NCBI GenBank assembly: GCA_963774385.1
Contig: CAVZEQ010000006.1
Span: 226-64,225 of the forward strand
Reading direction: 5' to 3'
Source of the DNA: an uncultured Actinomycetota bacterium
Lineage (GTDB): Bacteria; Actinomycetota; Actinomycetes; Streptosporangiales; Streptosporangiaceae
DNA length: 64,000 nucleotides
Shown: in pieces, positions 1 to 10,519 of the stretch
Numbering within the stretch: the stretch's first letter is position 1
Layout: each line of letters begins with the position of its first letter
The notes under the pieces: generated by a model
Seen by the model: the letters and a program-made list of their open reading frames with translations, nothing else
What the model was told of the DNA's origin: nothing
Database searches by the model: none
Made by a program: the position numbers and the translations under genes

Positions 1-1
1 C

Positions 2-397
2 GATTTCCGCGGCGTCGGTGCATCCATCGCCTGGTCAGGCAAGGAGGCCGTCGAGATCAGGGCGAATAGCGAGGAGCGGGCCAGTGCCGTCCTCGATCTC
101 TTCAAGGACAAGCTGATCAAGCGCTCTGTGTCGCTGAAGGTCCTGGACGCTGACGAGCCGAAGCTTTCCGGCAAGGAATACCGGCTGCACGTCGGCCTGA
201 AGGAAGGCATCTCCCAGGACGACGCGCGAAAGATATCCAAGATCATCAGGGAAGAGGGGCCTAAAGGCGTCAGGGCCCAGGTGCAAGGCGACGAACTGCG
301 GGTGTCATCGAAGAAGAAGGACGAGCTTCAGGACGTTCAGGGCCTGCTTAAGGGCAAGGACCTGGAGATCGCAATCCAGTTCGTCAACTACCGGTAA
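2..397 (+). CDS. yajQ: YajQ-family (UPF0234) nucleotide/c-di-GMP-binding protein; 5' end lies outside the window
   Basis: Frame 2 is open from the window edge (DFRGVGASIAWSGKEAVEIRANSEE...). It continues into the listed ORF 128..397 (...KVLDADEPKLSGKEYRLHVGLKEGISQDDARKISKIIREEGPKGVRAQVQGDELRVSSKKKDELQDV...QFVNYR), which is typical of YajQ. Confidence 0.8.
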   Translation, partial: DFRGVGASIAWSGKEAVEIRANSEERASAVLDLFKDKLIKRSVSLKVLDADEPKLSGKEYRLHVGLKEGISQDDARKISKIIREEGPKGVRAQVQGDELRVSSKKKDELQDVQGLLKGKDLEIAIQFVNYR

Positions 398-457
398 GGG
401 CCGCGCGGTGGCGCCTCGGCCGGGATCGCAAGGCCGCCAGCTGCCGGACATGCCGTT

Positions 458-802
458 CTAATCGGATATCCGGTTAAACAATGCTAGATACTGACGACGC
501 AGCAGGTCGTTCTCCGGGTCGGCGCCGAGCATCTCGCTGCGGTAGGCATAGGCGTCCCCCAGAGCCCGGCGGACAAGCACGGCCTGGTCCTGCTCAAGTA
601 GCACACCACCATGGTCGATGATGTGGATCATGTCACCGAGCTTGCGAAGCTGGGACTGCACCCAGTCATGAATCGGCGAGCGATCGTCGGCAGCGCACTC
701 GGCTGGCAGCGGGCGCAGCGGTCGTTGCCTTGGTCTCGGCTTGCCCCGCTTCTCGCTTCTGGTGCCCGGCTTGGGCATGGGCCCGATGGCACGATTCGGC
801 AT
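458..802 (-). CDS. hypothetical protein (start uncertain)
   Basis: 114-aa ORF with mostly G/C third positions. It has a basic Pro/Arg-rich N-terminus followed by a helical-looking C-terminus (IHIIDHGGVLLEQDQAVLVRRALGDAYAYRSEML). No family recognised. It overlaps a second plausible frame at 803..908. Confidence 0.35.
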   Translation of the reverse strand: MPNRAIGPMPKPGTRSEKRGKPRPRQRPLRPLPAECAADDRSPIHDWVQSQLRKLGDMIHIIDHGGVLLEQDQAVLVRRALGDAYAYRSEMLGADPENDLLRRQYLALFNRISD

Positions 803-1044
803 AGGTCGCCTCCAGGAGGGCGATCAACGGCCGGTAACGGCGATTCCAGACTGTCCGGCCCAGTTGGATCGTGATCGCCAGGTTACTCTCAGTAGCCTCT
901 CCTGTCATTTCGCCCAGTCATGGCGCAGCACTCAGCCCGCTCTGGCAGCTAGCGAGCAGTCAGGGCGCACAGTCATGGCGCCGACCGCGCATCTGCGGGA
1001 GGGAAGGCCGGTGAAATGCGCGGCCGACGCAGCTGCGCCTGCTG

Positions 1045-2037
1045 CTATCCGTGAACGGGCACCTCGTGCCACACGCCGCCGTTCAGGTTGAGGTTGTTCC
1101 CGTGAGCCTGTCCAGGCCCGGTGTCCCCGACATAGGTGTAGAGCGGGTGCCCGTTGTAGGTCTCCTGAGCGGACCCGTCCGCCCGGCGAATGGTGCCGAG
1201 AGTCCCGGTGACGCCAGTTCCGGCGGTCAGTGGCCCCTTGACCGGTGGCCAGTACACCGCACACGAGCCGTTGCACACCGACTTGGTACTGGTGTCCGGA
1301 GCAAACCAGTACAGCGTGCGACCGCTGGCATTGGCCAGGACCGTGACGCCGCCGACCTGCTCGGTTTGCAATGCACCGCCGGCTACGGACTGACTTGCCT
1401 GACCGCTGCTCCCCGATCCGGCCAGGGCGCCGCCGAGCAGGCCGAGGGCCAGCAGCGAAACTCCGGCCACGCTCAGGCTTGCCTGAGCCATGCTGAGGCT
1501 GGGGAGGCTCCGGTCAGCCCGGCCAGACCAGCGGGGCCCCCCGGACCCGCTCGGTCGGCCGGGCTGACCTGGCGCATCACTGGGCTGCCGACCGGGCATC
1601 GCCGCGTAGACGGCGAGCGCCGCGAAGGCCGCGATCTCGGTGATCCCGGCCACGATTCCCGCAGTCGTGCGGACCTCCCGGAAGCCAAAGAGGCCGAATT
1701 GCACGGACAGCAGGTAACCACCCAGTGTGGACAGGGCAAAGCCGGCTCCGGCGGCCGCGACTAGCCGACTGCCGGTCACCAGCGCGAGCAGGCCGAGTGC
1801 CAGGCCGACGATCACCTGAAGCAGGAAAAGCCAGCCAATGACCGGAATCGTGCGATACCCGGTGAGATAAAGATCCAGGTGAATCCCGGCCGCCGCGAAC
1901 AGCAGGCCGGCCCCGCCAGCCGCAGCAGCAGACCCAGCTGCCAGGTCCCCTCCTGCTGGCGCGCGCCGGTCCCTGTCCTCACCCCTGTGTCCATGCCCAT
2001 TACTACGACCAGCGCATCCCAACGGTTCAGTGGTCAT
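1045..2037 (-). CDS. membrane protein fused to a COG4315-type domain (lipoprotein with Yx(FWY)xxD motif)
   Basis: The C-terminus ([28 protein letters not shown] ... [31 protein letters not shown]) carries the two COG4315 repeats. The N-terminal ~150 aa has about 4 hydrophobic helices. An internal ATG at 1491 followed by a signal-like segment is a possible alternative start. Confidence 0.7.
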   Translation of the reverse strand: MTTEPLGCAGRSNGHGHRGEDRDRRAPAGGDLAAGSAAAAGGAGLLFAAAGIHLDLYLTGYRTIPVIGWLFLLQVIVGLALGLLALVTGSRLVAAAGAGFALSTLGGYLLSVQFGLFGFREVRTTAGIVAGITEIAAFAALAVYAAMPGRQPSDAPGQPGRPSGSGGPRWSGRADRSLPSLSMAQASLSVAGVSLLALGLLGGALAGSGSSGQASQSVAGGALQTEQVGGVTVLANASGRTLYWFAPDTSTKSVCNGSCAVYWPPVKGPLTAGTGVTGTLGTIRRADGSAQETYNGHPLYTYVGDTGPGQAHGNNLNLNGGVWHEVPVHG

Positions 2038-2129
2038 TACTCGGGCCGGGGGTCACGAGACTGCCCCGCCGTGCTGGGATAGACCCTGCAGCCTCAGCCA
2101 GCACCTGGCCGCCCACCGAAGGAGACGAC

Positions 2130-3800
<1,671 letters not shown>

Positions 3801-3840
3801 AGCCGGCCACGTTCCCAGCAGAGAATGGAAGGCTAACGCG

Positions 3841-4872
3841 ATGCCAACAGATTCCCCGATGCAGCTCGGCATGATCGGGCTCGGCCGGATGGGCGCCAAC
3901 CTGGTGCGCCGGCTCATGCGCGACGGCCATCGCTGCGTCGCGTATGACCGGAGCCCCGATGTGGTCAAGCAACTCGAAGCGGACGGCGCCGACGGCGCCA
4001 CCAGCATCACCGAGTTCGTCAGGAAGCTCGAGCGGCCGCGCGCGATCTGGATCATGGTCCCGGCGGCAGTCGTCCAGTCCACCCTGGATCAGCTCCGGCC
4101 GCTGCTGGACGAAGGCGACATCGTGATCGACGGGGGCAACTCCTACTACCGCGACGATATCGACAGGGCGCGGCAGCTGAAGACGGACGGCGTCCATTAC
4201 CTGGACGTCGGCACCAGCGGCGGAGTGTGGGGTCTGGAGCGCGGCTACTGCCTGATGATCGGCGGCGAGAAAGGCCCGGTCGAGCACCTCGACCCGATTT
4301 TCAAGACGATCGCGCCCGGCGAGGGAAGCGCTGAGCCGACGCCAGGCCGCACCGCGGCCGCCAGCACGGCTGTGCACGGTTACCTGCACTGCGGGCCGAG
4401 CGGTGCCGGGCACTTCGTCAAGATGGTTCACAACGGCATCGAATACGGCATGATGGCCGCGATCGGAGAGGGCCTGAGCGTCATCAAGCACGCCGACGCT
4501 GGCCTGCACGAACAGGATGCCGACGCCGAGACCGCGCCGCTGCGGGACCCAGAGGCCTACCAGTACACCATCGACGTCGGCGAGGTCGCCGAGGTCTGGC
4601 GCCGGGGGTCGGTTGTCAGCTCCTGGCTGATCGACCTGATCGCCGCCGCCTTTGCCAGGTCGCCGGGGCTGGACGACTTCGCCGGGCGGGTGTCCGACTC
4701 CGGCGAGGGCCGGTGGACCGTGCTCGCCGCGGTCGAGGAGGGGGTGCCGGCCTCGATTATCACCGCCGCGCTGTACGAGCGCTTCGAGTCTCGTGGCCTT
4801 GGCGACTTCACCGACAAGGTGCTCTCGGCGATGCGCTCGGAATTCGGCGGCCACGCCGAGAAGAAGGCGTAG
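3841..4872 (+). CDS. gnd: 6-phosphogluconate dehydrogenase (decarboxylating), short Gnd/YqeC-like form
   Basis: 343 aa. Rossmann motif MIGLGRMGANLVRRL, plus GGNSYYRDD and HFVKMVHNGIEYGMM. Confidence 0.92.
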   Translation: MPTDSPMQLGMIGLGRMGANLVRRLMRDGHRCVAYDRSPDVVKQLEADGADGATSITEFVRKLERPRAIWIMVPAAVVQSTLDQLRPLLDEGDIVIDGGNSYYRDDIDRARQLKTDGVHYLDVGTSGGVWGLERGYCLMIGGEKGPVEHLDPIFKTIAPGEGSAEPTPGRTAAASTAVHGYLHCGPSGAGHFVKMVHNGIEYGMMAAIGEGLSVIKHADAGLHEQDADAETAPLRDPEAYQYTIDVGEVAEVWRRGSVVSSWLIDLIAAAFARSPGLDDFAGRVSDSGEGRWTVLAAVEEGVPASIITAALYERFESRGLGDFTDKVLSAMRSEFGGHAEKKA

Positions 4873-4875
4873 CCG

Positions 4876-5541
4876 GTGCAGCATGACCTAGAAATCTCCA
4901 CGGACGCCACCGCGGTAGCGAGCCGAGCCGCCAGCTACGTGGCACAGCAGGCGCGCGCCGCAGTGGCTGCCAGGGGGCGCTTCACCTTTGCGGTGAGCGG
5001 CGGCCGAACGCCGTGGGCCATGTTCGCCGAACTTGGCAGCGAAGACATGCCATGGGCCGACGTGGAGTTGTTCCAGGTCGACGAGCGGGTCGCGGCCGAC
5101 GGCGACCCGGACCGCAACCTGACCCAGCTGCGGGCGAGCCTGGGCCACGCCCCCGCCCGGGTGCATCCGATGCCGGTGACGGAGGCTGACCTGGACGCGG
5201 CAGCCGCCGGCTATGCCACTGTCCTGCCGCAGCAGTTCGACCTGGTGCACCTCGGCCTCGGCCCGGACGGCCATACGGCCTCGCTAGTTCCCGGCGATCC
5301 GGTCCTCGACGTCACTGACGCCCTGGTCGCGGTGACCCAGCCCTATCAAGGCCATCGCCGGATGACGCTCACCTATTCGGCGCTGGCCCGCGCCAACCAG
5401 CTGCTCTGGCTGGTGACCGGCGCTGACAAGCAGGATGCGCTGGCCCGGCTGCTGGCTGGTGATGAGTCGATCCCGGCCGGCCGGGTGCTGGCACTGCGCT
5501 CGCTGGTGCTGGCTGACGAGTCCGCGGTGAGGACCCCGTGA
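4876..5541 (+). CDS. pgl: 6-phosphogluconolactonase
   Basis: The GTG start follows the gnd stop after a 3-nt gap. Motifs FTFAVSGGRTP, FQVDERV and HLGLGPDGHTASL. Confidence 0.9.
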   Translation: MQHDLEISTDATAVASRAASYVAQQARAAVAARGRFTFAVSGGRTPWAMFAELGSEDMPWADVELFQVDERVAADGDPDRNLTQLRASLGHAPARVHPMPVTEADLDAAAAGYATVLPQQFDLVHLGLGPDGHTASLVPGDPVLDVTDALVAVTQPYQGHRRMTLTYSALARANQLLWLVTGADKQDALARLLAGDESIPAGRVLALRSLVLADESAVRTP

Positions 5542-7016
5542 CCTCCGCACCAGCCGGCACAGCGCCGGTACACGGCATCCCGCGACGGCCGGACAATCAT
5601 GTGATCGTGCTGTTCGGCGCTACCGGCGACCTGGCGAAGCGCAAGCTGCTGCCGGGCCTCTTCCACCTCGCGGTGGCGGGCTTGCTGCCGCCTAAATACC
5701 GGATCATCGGCAGCGCGCCTAAGAACTCCACGGTCAGCTCGGAGGAGTTCCGGCGGCACGCGCATGACGCCATCCAGGAGTTCGGAAGCAGCAAGCCCGT
5801 CGGCAAGTCCTGGCAGAACTTCGCCGAGTGCCTCAGCTTCGCCAGCGCGGATCCTGACGACGTGAGCCCGCTGCAGGAGGAACTTCACCAGGCCGAGACG
5901 GCCATCGGCGGCCAGGTCGGCCGGCTGTTTCACCTCGCAGTCCCGCCAGCCGCATTTACCTCCGTCGTCGGCATGCTGGGCTCGGCCGGCCTATCCGACG
6001 GTGCCCGGGTCATCATAGAGAAGCCCTTCGGCACTGACCTGGAGTCGGCTCGTGCGCTGAATAAGGCCCTGCATGAGGTCCTTGATGAGTCGCAGATCTT
6101 CCGGATCGACCACTTCCTTGGCAAGGAATCAGTCGACAACATCCTTGCCTTCCGGTTCGCCAACGGCCTGTTCGAGCCGGTCTGGAATCGGTCGCATATC
6201 AAGTACGTGCAGGTCGATGTGCCGGAGACGCTCTCGATCGAGGGCCGGGCGGATTTCTATGACAAGACCGGCGCCTTCCGCGACATGGTCGTGACGCACC
6301 TGCTCCAGGTGCTCGGTTTCGTGGCCATGGAGCCGCCGACCACCTTGAACGCACAGCAACTCAGGGCGGAGAAACTCAAGGTCTTTGACGCGCTGAAGCC
6401 GATTGACGTCCGGCATGTGGTGCGTGGCCAGTATGACGGATACCGCGCCGAGAAGGGCGTGGCGCCAGACTCGCAGACGGAGACCATGGTGGCGCTCCGC
6501 GTAGAGGTGGACAACTGGCGCTGGCACGGCGTGCCGTTCTACCTGCGGTCCGGGAAGACCCTCGGGGCCAGCCGCCAGGTCGTCACGCTTGGCTTCCACG
6601 AACCGCCGCTGCGCATGTTCACCACGCACAGAAAGTCGGTTCCGGACGGACGCCGGAACGAGATCATCATCGATTTCGCCGATCCGGGCTCCATCACCAC
6701 GAGGTTCCTGGCCAAGGAACCGGGCGCGGAAATGTGCCTGGCCGGAGCGAGCATGGTGTTCCGGTACTCGGAATCCTTCGCGACCGCGAACGCGCTGGAG
6801 GGCTACGAGCGGCTGATCCTGGACGCGATGATCGGCGATCAGGCGCTGTTCACCTCATCCGACGGCATCGAGCGGCTGTGGCAGGTCTCCGAGCCGCTGC
6901 TGGAGAACCCGCCGCCGGTGCAGCCGTACCAGCCGGGGTCATGGGGCCCGGATGCCGTGCACCGCCTCATCGCGCCATTCCGGTGGCATCTGCCAGACGC
7001 CGCGGGTACGCCATGA
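5538..7016 (+). CDS. zwf: glucose-6-phosphate 1-dehydrogenase
   Basis: The GTG start overlaps the pgl stop (GTGA). Dinucleotide motif LFGATGDLAKRKLLPGL and active-site motif RIDHFLGKE. Confidence 0.95.
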   Translation: MTSAPAGTAPVHGIPRRPDNHVIVLFGATGDLAKRKLLPGLFHLAVAGLLPPKYRIIGSAPKNSTVSSEEFRRHAHDAIQEFGSSKPVGKSWQNFAECLSFASADPDDVSPLQEELHQAETAIGGQVGRLFHLAVPPAAFTSVVGMLGSAGLSDGARVIIEKPFGTDLESARALNKALHEVLDESQIFRIDHFLGKESVDNILAFRFANGLFEPVWNRSHIKYVQVDVPETLSIEGRADFYDKTGAFRDMVVTHLLQVLGFVAMEPPTTLNAQQLRAEKLKVFDALKPIDVRHVVRGQYDGYRAEKGVAPDSQTETMVALRVEVDNWRWHGVPFYLRSGKTLGASRQVVTLGFHEPPLRMFTTHRKSVPDGRRNEIIIDFADPGSITTRFLAKEPGAEMCLAGASMVFRYSESFATANALEGYERLILDAMIGDQALFTSSDGIERLWQVSEPLLENPPPVQPYQPGSWGPDAVHRLIAPFRWHLPDAAGTP

Positions 7017-7822
7017 CCGGCACCTCGATCAAGCTGCTGCTCGCCGACGTCGACGGCACGCTGGTAACCCAGGATAAGGAGCTGACCGGCCCTGCCATCG
7101 ATGCGGTGCGCAGGCTCGGCGAAGCCGGCATCACATTCGCGGTCACCAGCGGCCGTCCCCCACGTGGCATGGCCATGCTGGTGGAGCCGCTCGACCTGCG
7201 GACTCCGATCGCCGCATTTAATGGCGGCCTCATCGTCGAGCCTGACATGTCGGTGCTCGAACAGCGCGTCCTGCCGCAGCCGCTGATCGAGCCGGTAGCA
7301 GCCAGGATGGCGTCGTTCTCGCTGGATGTGTGGCTGTACCGCGGAGCGGACTGGTACGTCCCGAAGGCCGACGGCCCGCACGTGGCCCGCGAGTCCTGGA
7401 CGGTGAAGTTCCAGCCGAAGGTCATGGCGGACGGCGTCCGCGGACTTACCGCCGACGTGGCCAAGCTGGTCGGCGTCAGCGACGATACCGATGCTGTGAC
7501 CAGGGCGACGTCGGCCGTCCACGACGAATTCGGCGACCATGTGACGGCGGCAGCCTCGCAGCCTTACTACCTCGACGTCACCCATCCGCAGGCCAACAAG
7601 GGAGCGGTGGCCAGGTACCTGGCTGCCAGATACGACATCGACCCTGAGGAGATCGCCACCATCGGCGACATGCCCAACGACGTGCTGATGTTCGCGCACT
7701 CGGGGCTCAGCATCGCGATGGGTAACGCGAGCGCCGAGGTGAAGCGGTGCGCCAGGCGGGTCACGACGTCGAACGCCGAGGACGGGTTCGCCAACGCCGT
7801 GGATAAGTTCATCCTCCGCTAG
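7013..7822 (+). CDS. Cof-type HAD-IIB family phosphatase
   Basis: The ATG at 7013 overlaps the zwf stop (ATGA). Motif I is LLLADVDGTLV; the distal motif is IGDMPNDVLMF...MGNA. The listed ORF 6734..7822 is an in-frame upstream extension that lies inside zwf. Confidence 0.85.
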   Translation: MTGTSIKLLLADVDGTLVTQDKELTGPAIDAVRRLGEAGITFAVTSGRPPRGMAMLVEPLDLRTPIAAFNGGLIVEPDMSVLEQRVLPQPLIEPVAARMASFSLDVWLYRGADWYVPKADGPHVARESWTVKFQPKVMADGVRGLTADVAKLVGVSDDTDAVTRATSAVHDEFGDHVTAAASQPYYLDVTHPQANKGAVARYLAARYDIDPEEIATIGDMPNDVLMFAHSGLSIAMGNASAEVKRCARRVTTSNAEDGFANAVDKFILR

Positions 7823-7860
7823 CGGCTAGCGGCGGACCGCAGCGCGCGGACTTGCGGAGG

Positions 7861-8379
7861 TTAGCTCGCCTCGGCTAGTTCCTTGACGCCCGCCAGCGTG
7901 GCAATCATGTTGGCGTGGTGCTCGCGCAGTCGCCGGTGCAGGATCCTTGATTCCTTGTCCGGCATCTGCGCGATCAGCGCACTGATCCCGCTCTCGCCCG
8001 GCCCGATCTGCATCCACTGCCGCAGCCTGGTGCCAGAACCCTCCGGCTGCAGCGAGAACCGCCAGCGCGCCGCGGGCACGGCAGGATCGCCGACAGCCCA
8101 GCCGAACAGCCGCTCAGGCTCGAACTCAGCGATGGTGGAGACTGTCTCCCAGGTACCGACGGCCTGGTGGAAGTTTCGCCCGCGGAACTGCGCGCCCAGC
8201 GCTGGCCCGGTCGTTCCGTCCAGCCACTCGCCGCCCTGAAACTCGCTGCTGAACCTGGCCGGCATGGCGATGTCGCATACCACCGGCCACACCACTGCCG
8301 GTGGTGCCGCGATGACGAGTTCAGCCTCCGTGCTCGGGCAGTCGGCGTACTTCAGGTCCGCAGTTTCCACGCTCGACAT
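7861..8379 (-). CDS. SRPBCC (polyketide cyclase/dehydrase-like) family protein
   Basis: 172 aa. The segment ELVIAAPPAVVWPVVCDIAMPARFSSEF... has the typical START/SRPBCC N-terminal pattern. Confidence 0.75.
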   Translation of the reverse strand: MSSVETADLKYADCPSTEAELVIAAPPAVVWPVVCDIAMPARFSSEFQGGEWLDGTTGPALGAQFRGRNFHQAVGTWETVSTIAEFEPERLFGWAVGDPAVPAARWRFSLQPEGSGTRLRQWMQIGPGESGISALIAQMPDKESRILHRRLREHHANMIATLAGVKELAEAS

Positions 8380-8443
8380 GGTACGCCGCAGGGTGTTTCG
8401 CTAGCAGGGCCAAGCCAGCTGAGGTGCAGGAAGCAGGTCAGGA

Positions 8444-9481
8444 ATGCAGGTGGGCATAGCAGCGCAGGTCGCCTCCGCGCAGGACGCCGATTTCGTCCGC
8501 GAAGCCGAGCGGCTCGGGGCGACCTCGGCCTGGGTAGCCGAGGCCTGGGGGCAGGATGCACTCACCCCGCTGGCCTACCTGGCTGCCAGGACCGGCCGGA
8601 TCAAGCTGGGCTCCGCGATAGCGCAGCTTGGTGCCCGCAGTCCGGCCATGCTCGCGATGTCAGCGATGTCGCTCCAGTTGCTGTCCGGCGGCCGGTTCCG
8701 GCTCGGTATCGGGACAAGCGGACCGCAGGTAATGGAGGGCTGGCACGGCGTCAGGTTCAGAACTCCGCTGGCCATCACGCGCGAGACCATCGAGATCATC
8801 AGAACTGTCGCGGCTGGCGAACGGCTGCGCCATGCCGGCCTGGTGTACCAGCTTCCGCTACCGGACGGGCCGGGCCGGGCGCTGCGGAGCATGCTGCCGC
8901 CTGCGCAGGTACCGATCTACGTCGCCGCGATGGGTCCGCGCAACCTTGAGCTGACCGGCGAACTGGCCGATGGCTGGATCGGCAATTCGTTCATGCCTGA
9001 GCATGCTGAGGTGTTCCTTGGCCCGCTGCGGGCGGGCGCTGCCAGGTCCGGCCGGACGCTAGCTGATCTGGACGTTGTCATTCCGGTGGGGGTGGAGATT
9101 ACTGACGACGCAGAGGCCGCCGCGCGGCGGCATGCTCGCGGCTATGCATTCACGATCGGCGCCATGGGCTCGCCCGACCAGAATTTCTACAACGCGGCAT
9201 TCACCCGGCAGGGCTATGGCGAGGACGTTCGGGCCGTTCAGTCCCTCTGGCTAGCGGGCAAGCGCGAGGAGGCCGCCAGCCGGATACCTGTCGAGCTCGG
9301 CAGCAGGACGAACCTGATCGGTACCCCGGCGATGATTCGCGACCGGCTGCGCCGTTATCGTGCCGCCGGAGTCAGCACACTTCAGGCCAAGCTGACCGGG
9401 GACCGCAATCAGCAGCTCGACACGCTGGGCCAGCTGGTCGAGCTGGCGGCCGATGTCAGTCGCGAGCAGCCTGGCCGCTGA
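8444..9481 (+). CDS. LLM-class (luciferase-like) F420-dependent oxidoreductase
   Basis: 345 aa. WVAEAWGQDALTPLAYLAARTGRIKLGSAIAQL and GRFRLGIGTSGPQVMEGWHGVRF match the TIM-barrel LLM pattern. Confidence 0.85.
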   Translation: MQVGIAAQVASAQDADFVREAERLGATSAWVAEAWGQDALTPLAYLAARTGRIKLGSAIAQLGARSPAMLAMSAMSLQLLSGGRFRLGIGTSGPQVMEGWHGVRFRTPLAITRETIEIIRTVAAGERLRHAGLVYQLPLPDGPGRALRSMLPPAQVPIYVAAMGPRNLELTGELADGWIGNSFMPEHAEVFLGPLRAGAARSGRTLADLDVVIPVGVEITDDAEAAARRHARGYAFTIGAMGSPDQNFYNAAFTRQGYGEDVRAVQSLWLAGKREEAASRIPVELGSRTNLIGTPAMIRDRLRRYRAAGVSTLQAKLTGDRNQQLDTLGQLVELAADVSREQPGR

Positions 9482-9494
9482 CCGGCAGCTGCGG

Positions 9495-10079
9495 CTAGGA
9501 GGCGACGGAGATGAGCAGCGCGGTGGCTGGCCCCGGGTCGCCGCCAGGAACCGGCGTGCTGACCGCCAGGGCACCGGCCAGCTCCGCGTAGGCGCGGGCG
9601 CGATCGTTGTCTCGCGCATGCTCGGCGCAGCGACCGCCCGGAACGATCTCGCAGTCCCAGCAGCCGGCCGCCGCCGTGCCTGACGCACGGTACAGGGCAG
9701 CGTCAGCGAGGGCGGCCCGCATGACCTCCAGCTGCCTCGGGGTCAGCGCGGTCTCGTCGCGGCCTGCCTGGCGGGCCCGCCAGAGTAGCGACGCGACACT
9801 GGCTGCATTGCGCTTGTCCCAGTGCACCAGCCGGCCGAGGAACTGCTTGTCTCGTTCGCTGAGCCGGACGCCGGCCAGTACGGCGGCCAGCGCTGCGCGG
9901 GCAGTGCCACGGCCTGAGCCTGTGCTGGCCAGCCCGATCGGACCAGCCTGCGCGTCCGCTGTGGCTGGCGCCGCGGCCAGCTGCTGAGCCGGGTCACGGG
10001 GCGGCTTTGCCCGCATGCACGACGGACTGGGAACTACCGCCCGCTGGGCTGCTGCCTGCCTGTGCCCGAGATCTGTCAT
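9495..10079 (-). CDS. hypothetical protein with a C-terminal Cys/His cluster
   Basis: The ATG at 10079 has GGAGGAGG 11 nt upstream, so the listed ORF start at 10148 is probably too long. Ala-rich N-terminus. Contains the motif CWDC-x8-CAEH. No family recognised. Confidence 0.5.
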   Translation of the reverse strand: MTDLGHRQAAAQRAVVPSPSCMRAKPPRDPAQQLAAAPATADAQAGPIGLASTGSGRGTARAALAAVLAGVRLSERDKQFLGRLVHWDKRNAASVASLLWRARQAGRDETALTPRQLEVMRAALADAALYRASGTAAAGCWDCEIVPGGRCAEHARDNDRARAYAELAGALAVSTPVPGGDPGPATALLISVAS

Positions 10080-10411
10080 CACGTGCTGGCCTCCTCCCCG
10101 GCGCCGGAGCCCCATCCGGTACCGGTATGCGCACCTGCCCCGGTCCACCGGTCTGGCGAGGGCAGGACTCGCGAGTTAGACGTGCCGGACCGCAGTCAGG
10201 TTGACACGCTGCGTAACTGAAGTAACTCAGAGTTCATCCAGCCAGCCACGTTCCGACGCGCCGTCAGGTGCCGCCGCGAGATCCGGTGAACCCGCACGTC
10301 GCGTCCGGCGTCGTACATCTAGGAGCACGTGTCCGGTCACATGCCTGTACTACAGTTAAGTCATAGCGGCAGGTAGGCATAACGACAGGCCCTAACCTGG
10401 CCGCTAGGTAG

Positions 10412-10439
10412 CCGCATCGCCGCAGACGCGGCGATGCGG
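10412..10439 (+). promoter_or_regulatory. perfect 12-bp GC-rich hairpin in the korA leader / divergent intergenic region
   Basis: CCGCATCGCCGC-AGAC-GCGGCGATGCGG, located 80 nt upstream of the korA GTG. There is no U-tract on either strand. Confidence 0.4.
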
Positions 10440-10519
10440 ACATTGGCAGAAAGCATAAGGATGCACGCCGTCACCGCGTTTTGCGCCCGGCCTCGGCGCG
10501 TGGAGGAGGCCGGGAGACT

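Noticed and set aside
6734-7012. Upstream in-frame extension of the HAD phosphatase ORF
   Set aside because: It overlaps the 3' end of zwf. The ATG at 7013 overlapping the zwf stop yields the canonical DxDGT N-terminus.
10201-10235. TTGACA hexamer as the korA -35 element
   Set aside because: I could not find a convincing TANNNT -10 at 16-19 nt spacing, so it is mentioned only as context and not called as a promoter.
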